IMG/VR virus record: IMGVR_UViG_3300034072_000998
Coordinates: 1-34,164 of that record
DNA length: 34,164 nt
Origin: a virus
Lineage: Duplodnaviria > Caudoviricetes
Strand: one strand, 5' to 3'
The stretch's first letter is position 1; every line of letters starts with the position of its first letter. Below are positions 32,819 through 34,164 of the stretch, piece after piece. The notes below the pieces were generated by a model. That model had not been told where the DNA came from. It did not search any database and saw nothing but the letters and a program-made list of their open reading frames with translations. The translations under genes were made by a program, and so were the position numbers.

Positions 32819-34164
32819 TTATACCGACGCCTTTTCCGTGCTGCCAATCGCCAGCGGGCCGAGGAAGTTATTGGCGAAGGCCTCGGCGTCGAGGGGGCGG
32901 CTGACCACGTAGCCCTGGATCTGCTCGCAACCTTCGCTGGTGAGGAAGATTTCCTGGGCCTTGGTCTCCACGCCCTCGGCGATCACCGTCATCTGCAGGC
33001 TGCGCCCGAGGGCGATGATGGCGCGGGTGATGGCGGCGTCGTCGGGATCTCCGGGCAGGCCGCGGACGAAGGACTTGTCGATCTTCAGGATGTCCAGTGG
33101 CAGGCGCTTGAGGTAGCTGAGCGAGGAGTAGCCGGTGCCGAAGTCGTCGATGGCCAGCTGCAGGCCCAGCTCCTTGAGCTCGTGGAGGATCACCAGCGCC
33201 TCTTCGGCCTGGGTCATGATGAAGCTTTCGGTGATCTCCAGTTGCAGCTTGTCGGCGTTCAGGCCGAAGTCGCTGAGGGTGCCGGCGATGCGCTCGGTCA
33301 GCTGGGCCTGGCGCAGTTGGCTGCCGGACAGGTTGACCGACAGCGGGCCGAAGGGGGCATGGCTGTCCTGCCAGGCGCGCATCTGCCGGCAGGCCTCCTG
33401 CAGGACCCAGTCGCCGAGCTGGAGGATCATGCCGTTGTCCTCGGCCAGGGGGATGAAGCGGTCCGGCGGGATATCGCCGAACACCGGGTGGCTCCAGCGG
33501 ATCAGCGCCTCGGCACCGACCAGCTGGCCGCTGCGCAGGCACAGCTTGGGCTGGTAGTGCAGGCTCAGCTCGTCGCGCTCGATGGCCCGGCGCAGCTCCA
33601 GTTCCAGGGTCATGCGCTCGGTGGCCTGGAAGGTCAGGCTGCGGGTGTAGAACTCGACGCGGTTGCGCCCCTTGGCCTTGGAGCTGTACATGGCCGCGTC
33701 GGCGTTCTTGACCAGGGTGGCGACATCGTTGCCGTCCTCGGGGAACAGGCTGATGCCGATGCTGGCGCTGATGAAGAACTCGTGGCCGTCGGCCTGGAAG
33801 GGGGCGCTGAAACAGGCCAGAAGCTTGGTCGCGACGCGCTCGGCGTCGCGTGGCTGGTGCAGGCCGGGCAGCAGCACGATGAATTCGTCGCCGCCCAGGC
33901 GGGCCACGGTGTCGATGTCGCGCAGCTGCTCGCGCAGGCGCTGGGCGATGCACTTGAGCAACTGGTCGCCGACCGGATGGCCGAGGCTGTCGTTGATGTG
34001 CTTGAAGCGGTCGAGGTCAAGGAACAGCACGGCGCCACGCTGGTGGTCGGTGCGCACATCGTTGAGTGCCTGTTCCAGGCGGCTCTCGAACAGCATGCGG
34101 TTGGGCAGGCCGGTCAGCGGGTCATGGTGGGCCTGGTAGTCGAGGCGGTCCTGGGCGTGCTTGA
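32819..34164 (-). CDS. Host GGDEF-EAL c-di-GMP signalling protein (5' truncated by window edge)
   Basis: HHDPLTGLPNR, RLGGDEF, GAEAL, ELE/LEITE, IDDFGTGYSSLSYL and AEGVE motifs; position upstream of a CAU tRNA recalls Pseudomonas PA0575/RmcA-like genes (not verified). Confidence 0.93.
   Translation of the reverse strand, partial: KHAQDRLDYQAHHDPLTGLPNRMLFESRLEQALNDVRTDHQRGAVLFLDLDRFKHINDSLGHPVGDQLLKCIAQRLREQLRDIDTVARLGGDEFIVLLPGLHQPRDAERVATKLLACFSAPFQADGHEFFISASIGISLFPEDGNDVATLVKNADAAMYSSKAKGRNRVEFYTRSLTFQATERMTLELELRRAIERDELSLHYQPKLCLRSGQLVGAEALIRWSHPVFGDIPPDRFIPLAEDNGMILQLGDWVLQEACRQMRAWQDSHAPFGPLSVNLSGSQLRQAQLTERIAGTLSDFGLNADKLQLEITESFIMTQAEEALVILHELKELGLQLAIDDFGTGYSSLSYLKRLPLDILKIDKSFVRGLPGDPDDAAITRAIIALGRSLQMTVIAEGVETKAQEIFLTSEGCEQIQGYVVSRPLDAEAFANNFLGPLAIGSTEKASV

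Overview
The window holds a complete, apparently intact ~32.2 kb P2-family prophage (HP1/K139-like gene order; 543..32769) in a high-GC, Pseudomonas-like chromosome. It is integrated at the anticodon loop of a tRNA-Ile2(CAU) gene, is bounded by a 45-bp direct repeat, and sits between two host c-di-GMP genes (GGDEF; GGDEF-EAL). Head, contractile tail, lysis, ogr, cox, repressor and integrase modules are recognisable. The main departures from P2 are: (1) a two-gene operon (ImmA/IrrE-type HExxH metallopeptidase plus a 2-TM protein) preceded by a LexA box, in the portal-replication hotspot; (2) two tandem, divergent P2 C-like repressors followed by a membrane-anchored WYL protein and a 1-TM protein in the lysogenic operon; (3) a ~160-bp non-coding array with 8-bp periodicity built from three different motifs, resembling plasmid type Ib centromeres although no partition genes are present; (4) a Zn-finger/TOPRIM/helicase replicase with a GGAACA iteron cluster instead of rolling-circle gpA; (5) a non-canonical lysis cassette with a DUF1353-like protein carrying a phospholipase-A2-like HDxxY..AD motif. 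All family assignments are from motif recognition by eye; no database searches were run.
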